64,000 nt of DNA from an uncultured Alphaproteobacteria bacterium (GCA_944390885.1 CALXRP010000002.1:44936-108935); one strand, 5' to 3'. Shown: positions 19,530 through 30,250, counted from the stretch's first letter. Program-made: numbers and translations. The notes: generated from the sequence alone by a model not told the origin.

Positions 19530-19712
19530 CAAATTCACTCCTGAAATTTTTAAGCCATAATATTACAATATATTTTTAATATCAAGACGATGGATACATA
19601 TTACCCCATACTTTCGGGCGAAGGCGATAAGCTATATAGCAATTGGCTTTATTAGACCTGTTTCCGGCTCTCAAAACATGATATGTTAGTAATGTATTGT
19701 AGGAGAAAGAAC

Positions 19713-20021
19713 ATGGATAATTTGGCAATTAGTTTCGGAGCAAAGCTGTTAAAAGCCATGGGAAATGCCAAGCGTTTGGAAATATTATATCATCTGCTCG
19801 GCAAAGAACTAAAAGTCGGAGAACTGGAACAACTGGTCGGCTTGTCACAATCTGCTCTTTCCCAGCATTTGGCAGTACTCAGAACCGAAGATCTGGTAAA
19901 AACCCGCCGCAAGGCACAAACCATTTTTTATTCGATAAAAAGCGAAAAAGTCATAAAAATATTAAACCTGCTTGATATACTGTATAACAAACCGTACAAA
20001 ACAGCAGCCATTGAAAAATAA
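19713..20021 (+). CDS. ArsR family regulator (NolR/HlyU-like)
   Basis: LKAMGNAKRLEIL, SQSALSQHLAVLR, TRRKAQTIFYS; AGGAG ribosome-binding site. Confidence 0.9.
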   Translation: MDNLAISFGAKLLKAMGNAKRLEILYHLLGKELKVGELEQLVGLSQSALSQHLAVLRTEDLVKTRRKAQTIFYSIKSEKVIKILNLLDILYNKPYKTAAIEK

Positions 20022-20057
20022 TCAAACCCCGGTATTTTGAAAATATCGGGGTCTGAT
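20021..20057. terminator. hairpin terminator between convergent genes
   Basis: ATCAAACCCCGGTATTTT-G-AAAATATCGGGGTCTGAT. Confidence 0.65.
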
Positions 20058-20062
20058 CTTTC

Positions 20063-21469
20063 TTAATAAGTACAAGCATGCGATCCGTCACTGTCACATG
20101 ATCCTACTGTATGTTCTCCGGATGCAACCGTCAAGCCTCCGAGTTTAGACTGGCACTCAGCCTTTGTAGCTGTTTTTGCAGAAAAGATACCAAAACCAGC
20201 TTTTCTGCAAATCTTTTTATATGTTCCTGTTGAAGTATTTTTACAATACATCGTACAAGCATAAGTCGGAGCAAATCCTTTCTGATACAAATCACCACAA
20301 TATTGTTTATTTAAACAATCCCAACATACCAAACTACTTTGCTCACAATCCTTATACACATACTTCCACGGATTGGAAGGCTTAGAAGGAGTTGTCGTCC
20401 CAGTATTTCCAGTATTATTACCGGTATTGGTATTTTTGGTGCATTTATAACAAGTACCAGAAGTTGCCCCGCAAGAACAAGATCTAGATCTTGTGCTGGA
20501 AGTTGTGTAACCTGATCCGCAGGAACTGGACTTATACCCGCTCGGGCAGGAGTAGGAGTGAGTATGTTTGCGGCAGGAGTAACAGGAGCTTCCGCATTCT
20601 GTCGAACCGCTGCGGTAAGATTCATATCCGCTTCTGCAACTAGAACTTTTTGATCCGGAAGAACAGGTATCACTGCATCTGTAACAAGACCCACATTCGG
20701 AAGTCGTAGAAAATGTTCCGTGATATGATGTGCTTGTTCCGGACGGACAGCCTTTACAGCGTTTGCAGGCTGTTCCACATTCGGTATAAGACGCTGTTGT
20801 TCCTGAATAGTTTTTAGAAGTCCCTGACGGGCAGGTATCATCACAGCAACGATAACAGGTATAGCCGCAGGTATCCCTTCCTGATGATCCGCGTGACGGG
20901 TCACAGGTGACTTTATAATCGGTCGGACATCCGGCGGAAGGAGAAGCGGTACAACATTTGCCGTAAGAACTATCCCACGGACAACGGTTTGAGGTGGCAT
21001 AAAGCCGTCCCGGAGAACAAGAGTTGACATATCCTTGTTCACGGCAGGCTCTCGGCCGGTCTTCTTTACATCCTTTGTAATAAGGTTTTCCGTTCGGACA
21101 TTGATCATTTACAAAGGAAGGTAAAGAACAGGTCTGCGTATTATAACCATTATTTTTACACCAGGTTACGGCATCACATTTCAAGTAATGGTCGTCACGG
21201 GAACAAGTACCGACTTTAGCCTGATATTGTGGGCATTCACCGGAGGAGTAATAAGTATATCCTTCTTTCTCACAATACTCAGTATCGGAGTTGATATTCA
21301 TGTTAATATCACCCTGAACAACATCTTCGTCCATACAGTCCGGCAGAAAGCAAACGCCTGCAAGAGCATTGGAAGGAGGGAGAAAAACCGCAAAAGCGGC
21401 GGCGACAGCAAAGACTGATACCGCAGAATCAAGTTTCATGTGTAGCATATTTCTGTTAACGTTTTTCAT
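20063..21469 (-). CDS. secreted cysteine-rich repeat protein
   Basis: Signal peptide ending ALA; 50 Cys by manual count; repeated C...GY...C...CP.D..Y.KC and CPSG...ECG..CY.C units. Confidence 0.8.
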   Translation of the reverse strand: MKNVNRNMLHMKLDSAVSVFAVAAAFAVFLPPSNALAGVCFLPDCMDEDVVQGDINMNINSDTEYCEKEGYTYYSSGECPQYQAKVGTCSRDDHYLKCDAVTWCKNNGYNTQTCSLPSFVNDQCPNGKPYYKGCKEDRPRACREQGYVNSCSPGRLYATSNRCPWDSSYGKCCTASPSAGCPTDYKVTCDPSRGSSGRDTCGYTCYRCCDDTCPSGTSKNYSGTTASYTECGTACKRCKGCPSGTSTSYHGTFSTTSECGSCYRCSDTCSSGSKSSSCRSGYESYRSGSTECGSSCYSCRKHTHSYSCPSGYKSSSCGSGYTTSSTRSRSCSCGATSGTCYKCTKNTNTGNNTGNTGTTTPSKPSNPWKYVYKDCEQSSLVCWDCLNKQYCGDLYQKGFAPTYACTMYCKNTSTGTYKKICRKAGFGIFSAKTATKAECQSKLGGLTVASGEHTVGSCDSDGSHACTY

Positions 21470-21650
21470 CGGCTTTCTCCCATAATAGTTTCCTTACTGA
21501 AAATATATATTATCATAAAAAGAGGCTATTGTCAATAGTAGCTGAGGGAGCATAAGATGTTTTTGGCTAACACACTAAAAAACCTTCAAAATTTTAGCAT
21601 TTTGAAGGTTCATTTTTTTTCTAATATAATGCTTTTGTAACAACGGATTA

Positions 21651-21812
21651 TCACCACGGAACACCCTCAATACACCGATCCGGATGCTCTTGACAAAATC
21701 CTTCCTGTCTCTCGCCGCCATTGTACAACCTTTGCCGTTCTTCAGGAAAATCTCCGACCTCCAAAGTACAACCACTAATAAGCAATATTGCAAATAAAAT
21801 AAATTTTCTCAT
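21651..21812 (-). CDS. small lipoprotein (53 aa), absent from the ORF track
   Basis: Manual translation MRKFILFAILLISGC TLEVGDFPEERQRLYNGGERQEGFCQEHPDRCIEGVPW*; lipobox ISGC; AGGTGG ribosome-binding site; starts 9 bp after the upstream stop. Confidence 0.8.
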   Translation of the reverse strand: MRKFILFAILLISGCTLEVGDFPEERQRLYNGGERQEGFCQEHPDRCIEGVPW

Positions 21813-21821
21813 TTATACCAC

Positions 21822-22190
21822 CTAAAAAACTATTACAACTGCATAAACTGCCAAAACAATCGTAAGCAAACGAGCTATTCCGCTCAGCCAAAGGCTTCGT
21901 TCATAAGCTGCTGCCGCCCGCCAAATACCGACTATTACATTCAGTAAATAAAAAATCCAAACCAAAATAATCGTAATATAACATAACGTCCACAAAATCG
22001 CCATTGTATCCGGTGTCAGCAGGCTAAAGTTTTTTGTATAATAAGCCAGCAAATCCGTTGTTTTGGTCTGACGAACCAAAAGTCTTTCAAAAATTTTAAC
22101 CGCAAATGTAAGCAGTGCACCATATAACACGCCGAATTTCCATAATGTCACACTGAGTGACAATTCACCGGCACGCATTTTTTTAAACAT
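21822..22190 (-). CDS. hypothetical membrane protein
   Basis: Three hydrophobic segments; GELSLSVTLW and VGIWRAA motifs. Confidence 0.75.
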   Translation of the reverse strand: MFKKMRAGELSLSVTLWKFGVLYGALLTFAVKIFERLLVRQTKTTDLLAYYTKNFSLLTPDTMAILWTLCYITIILVWIFYLLNVIVGIWRAAAAYERSLWLSGIARLLTIVLAVYAVVIVF

Positions 22191-22320
22191 TCTATCATCC
22201 TTTTTCAGTTCAAGATATTTTATTGTGACTGCCAAGGTAAAAATTGACAAGCATTTTATTACAGTTATACGCAAATCGGCTGGCTGCAATACAAAAAAAC
22301 GGGAGAAATTCTCCCGTTTC

Positions 22321-23703
22321 TCAACAGTTAGCGTGGTTCACGGCCAAACCACCCAAAGATGTTTCTTTATATTTATTGTTCATATCCCTGCCGGTATCAA
22401 ACATTGTCTTAATCACGCTGTCCAGCGACACAATATGGTGCCCGTCGCCTTTCATAGCCAAACGAGCCGCATTAACGGCTTTAACCGCCCCCATGGCATT
22501 ACGCTCAATACACGGCACCTGAACCAAACCGCCGATTGGATCACAAGTCAGCCCAAGATTATGCTCCATGGCAATTTCGGCAGCATTTTCAACCTGCTTG
22601 TTGGTCCCGCCCATTGCTGCCGCCAAACCGGCCGCCGCCATTGAACAAGCAACACCGACCTCGCCCTGGCAGCCGACTTCCGCACCGGAAATCGAGGCAT
22701 TTGTCCGATACAGACTGCAAATGGCCGACGCCGTCAGCAAAAATTTGATAGTCCCCTCTTCCACGCTGTTTTCCGACTTTTTGCAGGCAATTCGTTCAAA
22801 ATAGCGCATCACGGCAGGAATAATCCCGGCCGACCCCATTGTCGGCGCCGTCACAATCTGCCCGCCGGAAGCGTTTTCTTCTGCCACGGCAAAGCCCCAA
22901 AGATTAAGCCAATCTACAATCATCAATGGATCATAATCATTATTCAAAAATTTTTCCTGCAAACGTTTGGCAATTTCCGGAGCTTTTCTCGGCAGGTTCA
23001 ATCCCCCCGGCAAAATTCCTTCCGTCCGCATGCCCCGATCCAATGAAGCCTGCATAACCCTGTCTATTTTTTTGATTTGCGCCAAAACCTTTTCCCTGCC
23101 GAACAAAGCCGTTTCATTGGCCATCACCAGTTCGTCAATAGTCAGATGATGTTCATTGCATAAGGCAATCAGCTCCGCACAGGTATCAAAATTATAGGGC
23201 ACATTATACGGTTCGCGTTCGATTCGCCGCTTAACCTCGTCTTTTCGGGCAACCGTACCGCCACCGACTGAAAAATACGTTTCTTCCAAAAGCAGACGCC
23301 CGTCTTTGTCAAAAGCCCTAAACGTCATACCGTTGGAATGTTCCGGCAAAAAAGTCTGCTTATCAAAAATCACATCCCTGTCCAGATCAAAATTTATCGC
23401 TTTTTCCTGTGCCAGGTGTAAAATTTTATCCCGCTGCACCGCCACAACATACGGTTTTTCCGGATCAATCGCTTCGGCCTCCAGCGCCATCAGACCATAA
23501 ACAATGGCCTTAACCGTTCCGTGTCCTTCCCCGGTCAGTGCCAAAGAGCCATACAGTGTCGTTTCCACCCGGCTAACCTTGCCAAAGACCTCATTGGCTT
23601 TCAGATTCTCAACATATCTTTTGGCAGCACGCATTGGGCCGACGGTATGTGAACTCGACGGGCCGACTCCGATCGAGAAAATCTCAAAAAAGCTGTAATA
23701 CAT
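22321..23703 (-). CDS. sdaA: L-serine ammonia-lyase (Fe-S, single chain)
   Basis: [50 protein letters not shown]. Confidence 0.97.
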   Translation of the reverse strand: MYYSFFEIFSIGVGPSSSHTVGPMRAAKRYVENLKANEVFGKVSRVETTLYGSLALTGEGHGTVKAIVYGLMALEAEAIDPEKPYVVAVQRDKILHLAQEKAINFDLDRDVIFDKQTFLPEHSNGMTFRAFDKDGRLLLEETYFSVGGGTVARKDEVKRRIEREPYNVPYNFDTCAELIALCNEHHLTIDELVMANETALFGREKVLAQIKKIDRVMQASLDRGMRTEGILPGGLNLPRKAPEIAKRLQEKFLNNDYDPLMIVDWLNLWGFAVAEENASGGQIVTAPTMGSAGIIPAVMRYFERIACKKSENSVEEGTIKFLLTASAICSLYRTNASISGAEVGCQGEVGVACSMAAAGLAAAMGGTNKQVENAAEIAMEHNLGLTCDPIGGLVQVPCIERNAMGAVKAVNAARLAMKGDGHHIVSLDSVIKTMFDTGRDMNNKYKETSLGGLAVNHANC

Positions 23704-23711
23704 TCAGTCCT

Positions 23712-25427
23712 CTAAAAAAACATTTTGATATCTTTATATGGTTTTACCCCGAGCTCGGCGTGAACCGCGGCAATTTTCTGCGAGACCTCGCTCCAGTTGC
23801 TGTAACGCTCAATAAAGTCTTTGGCCTTTTGCGGAGACATGGAAAGCTGAACCGCCACCGTATCCTCAAGCAATTGGTTCATCACCACGGGAAAACGTTC
23901 AAAATTTATATGCAGTTTCATATCTTCGTCAAATGAAATCGCCTTATTTTCCAACAGATAATTCAGCTCAATCAGCTCTGCCACCCGATGCGGCAGGGAA
24001 AGTTGGGGTTTTGCTTTGCCAAACAGGCGATAAACCACATGCGTTACATAAATCTTCTTCAGCGTTTCGTCATCAATCACGCCGGATTTAACGTATTCCG
24101 GCATAAAAGCAATGGAAACCACATCGGCTTTATGCTCCTCAATAATATGCTTATACTGCCCCAAAGCGGTTTGATACCGACTGTCCGGCCCCAGTGAATG
24201 TCCGTTTTCATGTCCGATAACAAACAGATGATCCATTTCGGGATCAAAATACTTATGCAGCTCCGGAGCAACCAGTTTTTCCAGCAATTTCTTATTTTTT
24301 TCTTTATCCACGCTCATCCTGACCTGGCGATGATATACGTTCCGCCGCCCGCCGCCGGTTTTAATTGCCAACTTGTCATTATTCGGCAGATTTTGCGCCG
24401 TCGTAATCCCGCCGCGGCATTGGGCATAATCCCCGGTCAGCGCGGCCAAATCCACGTCTACCATTGTCTGCTTAAGGTCGTCGCTTTTATTGATATTTTG
24501 CTCATAACGATCGGCAAAAGGCATCTTTTTTGCCAACGCTTTCATCTGATCTTTGAACTTCAGCAAAAGTTCCGTCCCCGCCTTATTAACGATTCCGACG
24601 CGGATTCCGAGCATATCTTTAGAATTGACCTCAATATTATGCTTATTGATAAGTGCCATTAACTCTTCATTCTCAAACACGCTCGGTGTAATGGCATCAT
24701 CATAGCACTCCCGCCCCAAGGTAAACTCCAAAACACTGTCCTGCAAAACCGCCCAATGCTTGTCGGCCAGCATATCCATATCTTCGTTATTTTGAATCAG
24801 CGCCTGAGCCTGCCAACCGAGAAAATCCTTAAAAGCCTCATCTGTTGTATAATGTGCCGCCACTTCCAGTTCGTTAGCAATGGCCGAAAACGCTTTGGCA
24901 AAATATTCCGTATAATCTATTGCTTTCAGCTCGGAACCGTCCCTGCGCACCATCGTCCGCGCACTCAAAATCTTCCGAACCTCATCAACTTTTCCCTCTT
25001 CCAACATTTTTTTGATAATTGTATGAAATTCCGCCGCCATCAGATCTGTCGGATAAAAATTGCGCCCCGGCAAACCGGAAATTCCTTTAAATATCTCCAC
25101 CGGTTTGGCATCAATACCGTTCAGCCCTTCCACACCGTTTAACGAACGAAACAGCCGGAGAGCCTTTGCAGCATAAGAACTGTTTTTAGCCGCCTCTTCC
25201 AAAGCCTTCCGCTGAGCAATATTCATATGGTGATCTTGCTCCTGAGAAACCTCATTCATAATCTTTGCCGCCGCAACCAAATGCCTCAGAGCCTTCTGGT
25301 CGCCCTCCGGCAAAGCTTTGTAGCCTTCAAAATTTTCATCAATCAAAACAACCGGCAGCATCTGCTCATTCAACATCTTGTCCAGTTCGGCTTCGCTATA
25401 AGCAATTTCATAACCGTTAATTTCCAT
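23712..25427 (-). CDS. dipeptidyl-peptidase III-like metallopeptidase (M49)
   Basis: GRNFYP.D, AQNLPN, HENGHSLGP and EEHKADV motifs. Confidence 0.8.
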   Translation of the reverse strand: MEINGYEIAYSEAELDKMLNEQMLPVVLIDENFEGYKALPEGDQKALRHLVAAAKIMNEVSQEQDHHMNIAQRKALEEAAKNSSYAAKALRLFRSLNGVEGLNGIDAKPVEIFKGISGLPGRNFYPTDLMAAEFHTIIKKMLEEGKVDEVRKILSARTMVRRDGSELKAIDYTEYFAKAFSAIANELEVAAHYTTDEAFKDFLGWQAQALIQNNEDMDMLADKHWAVLQDSVLEFTLGRECYDDAITPSVFENEELMALINKHNIEVNSKDMLGIRVGIVNKAGTELLLKFKDQMKALAKKMPFADRYEQNINKSDDLKQTMVDVDLAALTGDYAQCRGGITTAQNLPNNDKLAIKTGGGRRNVYHRQVRMSVDKEKNKKLLEKLVAPELHKYFDPEMDHLFVIGHENGHSLGPDSRYQTALGQYKHIIEEHKADVVSIAFMPEYVKSGVIDDETLKKIYVTHVVYRLFGKAKPQLSLPHRVAELIELNYLLENKAISFDEDMKLHINFERFPVVMNQLLEDTVAVQLSMSPQKAKDFIERYSNWSEVSQKIAAVHAELGVKPYKDIKMFF

Positions 25428-26973
25428 TTTTCTTAATCTCCACTGTTCTAAAACGATAAGCCTTCAATTTATCTGACCAATAAGTCGGGCTCATTCCCGC
25501 CTTCAATTTAAGCTGCGTTAAAAACTCTTTCTTATCGGGAAATTCCTGCCACATTGATGGCAAAAACACCCCTTGACGATTACCGTCACGCAGAACAATC
25601 CCGTCAATACCGGGTTTCATAACGGCAAGCAGATCTTTTTCATTTTTAAAATTCAGACGTTCATAATCTGTTAAAAATGTAATTCCAATCTCCAATGCAT
25701 TCTGTTCTTCTGGTTTAACACCGTCAAAGCGCACATCTTCCGAAGCTGCCGCCCGAACATGCTGCGCCACCTCAAGAGCCACAGCCTGTTTGGCGCGCAG
25801 ACTTCCGGATTCCCCCCTCATTGTACCATGATTATAAAGTGTCACAAACACGGCGGCTTTATCAAACATCTTTTCCGGATACTCACTGCGTGAAGGTTTG
25901 TATTTTTTATGATTATGCAGCCACTCCGCCAAACTTCTATCAGCTATTTCCAGTAACGCAGCACCATATTTCTCCGCATAAAGACTGATACTCTGAGCCT
26001 CCAATTCAATAAGTGTCGGAAGCTCGTCTTTTTCCTCTTCTTTCTTCTCGCTGAGCCAATTATCATATTTCCAGGCTGCTCTGATTTCATCTTCCAACCC
26101 GTCATTGGCATAACCGTCAATCAATTGGGAAGCCATCCGCATTTCCTTGGCATAATGCAAAGCTGTTTCAATACCGGCATCACCGCAAGGCTGATCACTG
26201 GCGGCCGGCAGCCCTTCAAAACGCTTTTCGTTAATATTCTTTTTTTGTCGGTCATAATAAGTCGATAAATCGGCAAAGAAAATCAAAAGTGTTTCATCGT
26301 CATACAAATATTGCCCCAGTCCGGCTTCCAGTTCATTCGGCGTCACACTGCCGTAAATAACCGGAACGACTGTAAAATGCGGATTAATTTTTTGCAAAAA
26401 GGGCAGATGCTTCTTCCAATATTCCCGTCCGGAAAAGGCGGCTTTTCCCGTTTTCCAACCGTTAGAAAGCATCCCTTGAGCTATATTTTCATTAACCGTA
26501 AAACGACCTCCGGAAAATTCTGCCGTTTCAAAAGGAGGCAGCCAAATCCCGGCCGTTTTTTCATCACAAGCAGGAATCAGCATAATCACATTTTTAAATT
26601 TCTTCCCCGATTGGGCAAGCTCCCAATAAGCTTTTGCCGTAACAGCCGCCGAATATTTATACCCTTCCTGCGGCACAATCAAAATTTTCGGAAACTTATT
26701 CTGTCTTTTATATCCGGAACCAAAATAGTAACCGGTATCCTGTCCCGCCTCCTGTGCTTTTTCCAAATAAAACCAACTGGCAACTGCCGGAAGCTCATAT
26801 TTCTCAAGCTCATCATACTGCGGCACATAATTATTCACTTTCTCGGCATTAGACGACAAATGGGCATATAAAAAATCATAATTCAACCACAAGAGCGCTG
26901 CCGCGGCAACACTCCAAAAAATATAATAGAATGCCCCGTGTTTTTTTACGTCTTCGTCATTGTCAATATTCAT
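25417..26973 (-). CDS. membrane-anchored MEMO1-like + AMMECR1-like fusion (AmmeMemo B-A)
   Basis: N-terminal TM helix; MEMO-like PAVA.WFY, LPFLQ, DLS.Y; AMMECR1-like FVTL..G.MRG, D.RF, GVFLPSMW, LKLKAG. Confidence 0.8.
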   Translation of the reverse strand: MNIDNDEDVKKHGAFYYIFWSVAAAALLWLNYDFLYAHLSSNAEKVNNYVPQYDELEKYELPAVASWFYLEKAQEAGQDTGYYFGSGYKRQNKFPKILIVPQEGYKYSAAVTAKAYWELAQSGKKFKNVIMLIPACDEKTAGIWLPPFETAEFSGGRFTVNENIAQGMLSNGWKTGKAAFSGREYWKKHLPFLQKINPHFTVVPVIYGSVTPNELEAGLGQYLYDDETLLIFFADLSTYYDRQKKNINEKRFEGLPAASDQPCGDAGIETALHYAKEMRMASQLIDGYANDGLEDEIRAAWKYDNWLSEKKEEEKDELPTLIELEAQSISLYAEKYGAALLEIADRSLAEWLHNHKKYKPSRSEYPEKMFDKAAVFVTLYNHGTMRGESGSLRAKQAVALEVAQHVRAAASEDVRFDGVKPEEQNALEIGITFLTDYERLNFKNEKDLLAVMKPGIDGIVLRDGNRQGVFLPSMWQEFPDKKEFLTQLKLKAGMSPTYWSDKLKAYRFRTVEIKKNGN

Positions 26974-27039
26974 CTGCGCAAATTTCCCGCCATAAACTCA
27001 TCTTGCCGGATATTAAAGCATATCGGGCTTAAAATTTTG

Positions 27040-27732
27040 CTAATTTTTACCAGTCAAAGCCGCATAAAAGTGCATAAAATCATCAAAATATCTGATTTCG
27101 TCCGGATACAAGGTTTCCGTCTGCCAAATGTCTTCACCAATTCTGACCGGCAGAGCATGAGCAGCCCGGGCACAATCGCTGTCTTGCGGACTATCACCAA
27201 CCATCCAAACCAACTCAGGAGAAATCTCCTGCGGAGCAAGATATCCGTCAAGAACATAATAAAGATGTTCCGGATAAGGCTTGTCATGCTTTGCTTCATG
27301 TCCGCACACAACCTTTTCAAACATCTTCGGCTCAAACAAAAGCGGTAATTCATAATCCAGCAACCGACGGTCTTTGTTGCTCATAATCATAAGCTTAACC
27401 TGCCGGGACAACAGATAATCCAACACCTCCCGCACCCCGTCAAAAGTCGAAATCATCCCGGCAACGTTTTGCAAATAAACTTCGGCATAACGGGCATAAA
27501 TTTCTTCTGCCCGGACACCGAAAAAATTGGGAAAATTATCCCGAAAAGAAAGGCTGTTGTCTCTTTTCTTACAAACTTCTTCCCAACAGGGCAGTCCTTT
27601 TTCCGCCAGCACCTGCCGAATGGCATAAAGCAGCACGGGACGGCTTTGGGCCAGCGTATTATCCCAGTCAAAAACCACAAAACGAACTTTTCCGAGTGGC
27701 AGCGGTTTATTTCTCATCTCAAAAATTTCCAT
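27040..27732 (-). CDS. HAD family hydrolase (phosphoglycolate phosphatase-like)
   Basis: FDWDNTL, SNK, KPYP and MVGDSPQD motifs. Confidence 0.92.
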   Translation of the reverse strand: MEIFEMRNKPLPLGKVRFVVFDWDNTLAQSRPVLLYAIRQVLAEKGLPCWEEVCKKRDNSLSFRDNFPNFFGVRAEEIYARYAEVYLQNVAGMISTFDGVREVLDYLLSRQVKLMIMSNKDRRLLDYELPLLFEPKMFEKVVCGHEAKHDKPYPEHLYYVLDGYLAPQEISPELVWMVGDSPQDSDCARAAHALPVRIGEDIWQTETLYPDEIRYFDDFMHFYAALTGKN

Positions 27733-27829
27733 ATACTATTTCTCTTTCAGAGGTAATTGGCCTTTACATTTTTTCAAGATAGCAATAATGCCCGTTTCCG
27801 GGCATTATCAAAAAAAGCACAACAAAAGT

Positions 27830-29110
27830 TTATCTCTTCTTCATCACTTTCATTCCGCCCATATAAGGCTGCAATTTTGCCGGAATATTGACCGAACCGT
27901 CGGCATTCTGATGATTTTCCAGCAGCGGAACCAAAATACGCGGCGTGGCAACACCGGTATTGTTCAGTGTATGCACAAACTTGACCTTACCGTCGGCATT
28001 GTCGCGATAACGCAAATTCGTCCGGCGGGCTTGCCAGTCGGTAATATTCGAACAGCTGTGTGTTTCACGATAGCAATTTTGCGTCGGAACCCAGGCCTCC
28101 AAATCATATTGGCGATACTTCGGCGCCCCCATATCCCCGGTGCAAACCTCAAGAACCTGATACGGCAGTTCCAAATCCTGCAAAACCTCTTCCGAAATGG
28201 CCAGCAGCTTCTGGTGCCATTTTTCGCTCTCGTTAATATCGTTTTTACAAATAACAAACTGCTCGGTCTTCATAAACTGGTGAACTCTGGTCAGCCCGCG
28301 GGTATCTTTTCCGGCAGCCCCGGCCTCGCGACGGAAACAGGGAGAAAAGCCGGCATACAAAATCGGCAGCTCGTTTTCAGTCAAAATCTCATCCGCCCGC
28401 AGCGAGTTCAAAATCAACTCGGCCGTTCCGGACAAATAAATATCATCTGCCGGCATATAATAAATCTCATCACGCGAAAAAGGCAGATAACCTTGCCCGT
28501 AAAGCGGACGCTCTTTGGAAATCGAAGGAACGGTAATAACGGTAAAACCATTGGCCGAAAGTTTGTCAAGAACCATCATATGAATTGCCAGTTCCATCTT
28601 AGCCAAATCGTTCTTAATCGCATAAGTGCGCGCACCGGAAACTTTTGCGATTCGCTCCATCTCGCTCCAGTCGTTAAGCTCCATCAGCTCAACATGGTCA
28701 CGAGGCTTAAAGTCAAACTTTCTCGGTTCACCGACTTTACGGCGGACGACATTGCCTGAATCATCCGGGCCGACCGGGCTTTGCGGACTCGGCATATTCG
28801 GCATTCTGAGCATAATCTCGTCAAATTTGGCTTTAACGGTATCAAGCTCTTCCAACTCTTTTTTAAGCTCATCACCAATCTCGCGACTTCTGGCAATAAT
28901 AGCCGGACGCTCTTCGGCTGATGCGGATTTAATGGCATTACTGAGTTTGTTTTTCTCTTCTGATTTTGCCTGAGAAGATGTCTTGAGCTTGTTCATCTCA
29001 AGATACAGCTTTTCCAGCTCGTCCAGGCTGATGGTCTTGCCATAGCCCTTTTTATCAAGCCCCTCCTGAATAAGCGGCTTGTTCTCAATAATGTATTTTA
29101 TATCCAACAT
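27830..29110 (-). CDS. serS: serine--tRNA ligase
   Basis: MLDIKYI, CFRREAGAAGKDTRGL.RVHQF.K.E, YRETHSCSN, HTLN. Confidence 0.98.
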   Translation of the reverse strand: MLDIKYIIENKPLIQEGLDKKGYGKTISLDELEKLYLEMNKLKTSSQAKSEEKNKLSNAIKSASAEERPAIIARSREIGDELKKELEELDTVKAKFDEIMLRMPNMPSPQSPVGPDDSGNVVRRKVGEPRKFDFKPRDHVELMELNDWSEMERIAKVSGARTYAIKNDLAKMELAIHMMVLDKLSANGFTVITVPSISKERPLYGQGYLPFSRDEIYYMPADDIYLSGTAELILNSLRADEILTENELPILYAGFSPCFRREAGAAGKDTRGLTRVHQFMKTEQFVICKNDINESEKWHQKLLAISEEVLQDLELPYQVLEVCTGDMGAPKYRQYDLEAWVPTQNCYRETHSCSNITDWQARRTNLRYRDNADGKVKFVHTLNNTGVATPRILVPLLENHQNADGSVNIPAKLQPYMGGMKVMKKR

Positions 29111-29207
29111 CTTTAAAACGTCCTAATTTTTTAATTGATTTTATCCGTGTGGTAGAGTATCAATTTTACAAATAAATACAACATAAAAATTCAGGATATA
29201 TACGAAA

Positions 29208-30224
29208 ATGTTTGAAAACAAAACGATTCTCACCGGCGTCAAACCGACCGGAACCCCTCACCTCGGCAATTATGTCGGCGCCATCCGCCCGGCCATCCGC
29301 CTTGGGCATGAAGCTTTGGCCCATGGTGGCCGGCATTATATGTTTATTGCCGACTATCACGCTATCAATGCCGAAAAAGACCCGGAAGTCTTAAACCAGA
29401 AGATTAAAGAGATTGCGTGCATTTACCTGGCCGGCGGACTCGATCCGTCAAAATCGGTCTTTTACCGCCAGTCCGACATTCCGGAAATCCACGAAATCAC
29501 CACGATTTTATATGCCTACACGCCCAAAGGGCTGATGAACAAATCCCACGCCTACAAAGCCAGCGTTGATAAGAACCGCGAAGCCGGCAAGCCGGACGAT
29601 GACGGGATAAATATGGGACTGTACACCTACCCGACCCTTATGGCTGCTGACATTTTGACGTTCAACACCGATATTGTGCCGGTCGGACGCGATCAGGTTC
29701 AACATGTTGAGATCGCTCGCGACATTGCCGGCGCATTCAATGCCCACTACCAAAAAGAGCTTCTAAAACTTCCAACCTATTATCTGGAAGAAAACGTTGC
29801 CGTTGTTCCGGGCATTGACGGACGCAAGATGAGCAAATCTTATGGCAATGTTATTCCGGTTTTTGCTGACGATTCGGTAATAAAAAAAGCCGTATTTTCG
29901 GTCAAAACGGATTCCCGCCCGATGGAAGAACCCAAAAACCCGGATGAAATCTTGGTTTATGAAATTTACAAATCTGTCGCTGCCCCGGAAAAAGCTAAAG
30001 AAATGGCCGACGGGCTTTCTCAGGGCAAACTCGGCTACGGACATATCAAAAATATGTTGTTGGATGCCATCTTGTCCGAAATCAAAGATGCGCGCGAAAA
30101 ATACAACTACTATATGGCACATTACAATGAAGTCGAAGAAATGCTGGCTGCCGGCGCCGCCAAAGCCCGGCCGACTGCACAGGAAACACTAAAACGCCTG
30201 AAAGATACCGTCTTCGGACGTTAA
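29208..30224 (+). CDS. trpS: tryptophan--tRNA ligase
   Basis: TGVKPTG.PHLGNY, YPTLMAADIL, VPVGRDQ.QH, KMSKS. Confidence 0.98.
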   Translation: MFENKTILTGVKPTGTPHLGNYVGAIRPAIRLGHEALAHGGRHYMFIADYHAINAEKDPEVLNQKIKEIACIYLAGGLDPSKSVFYRQSDIPEIHEITTILYAYTPKGLMNKSHAYKASVDKNREAGKPDDDGINMGLYTYPTLMAADILTFNTDIVPVGRDQVQHVEIARDIAGAFNAHYQKELLKLPTYYLEENVAVVPGIDGRKMSKSYGNVIPVFADDSVIKKAVFSVKTDSRPMEEPKNPDEILVYEIYKSVAAPEKAKEMADGLSQGKLGYGHIKNMLLDAILSEIKDAREKYNYYMAHYNEVEEMLAAGAAKARPTAQETLKRLKDTVFGR

Positions 30225-30250
30225 AATTTCCTCCGCACTTATCTTCATTG

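Noticed and set aside
21575-21793. 72-aa ORF from the track
   Set aside because: Overlaps in another frame the better-supported lipoprotein at 21651..21812
23712-25427. HENGH instead of the HExxGH hexapeptide as a novelty
   Set aside because: Pentapeptide-motif DPP III variants are already known in bacteria and plants
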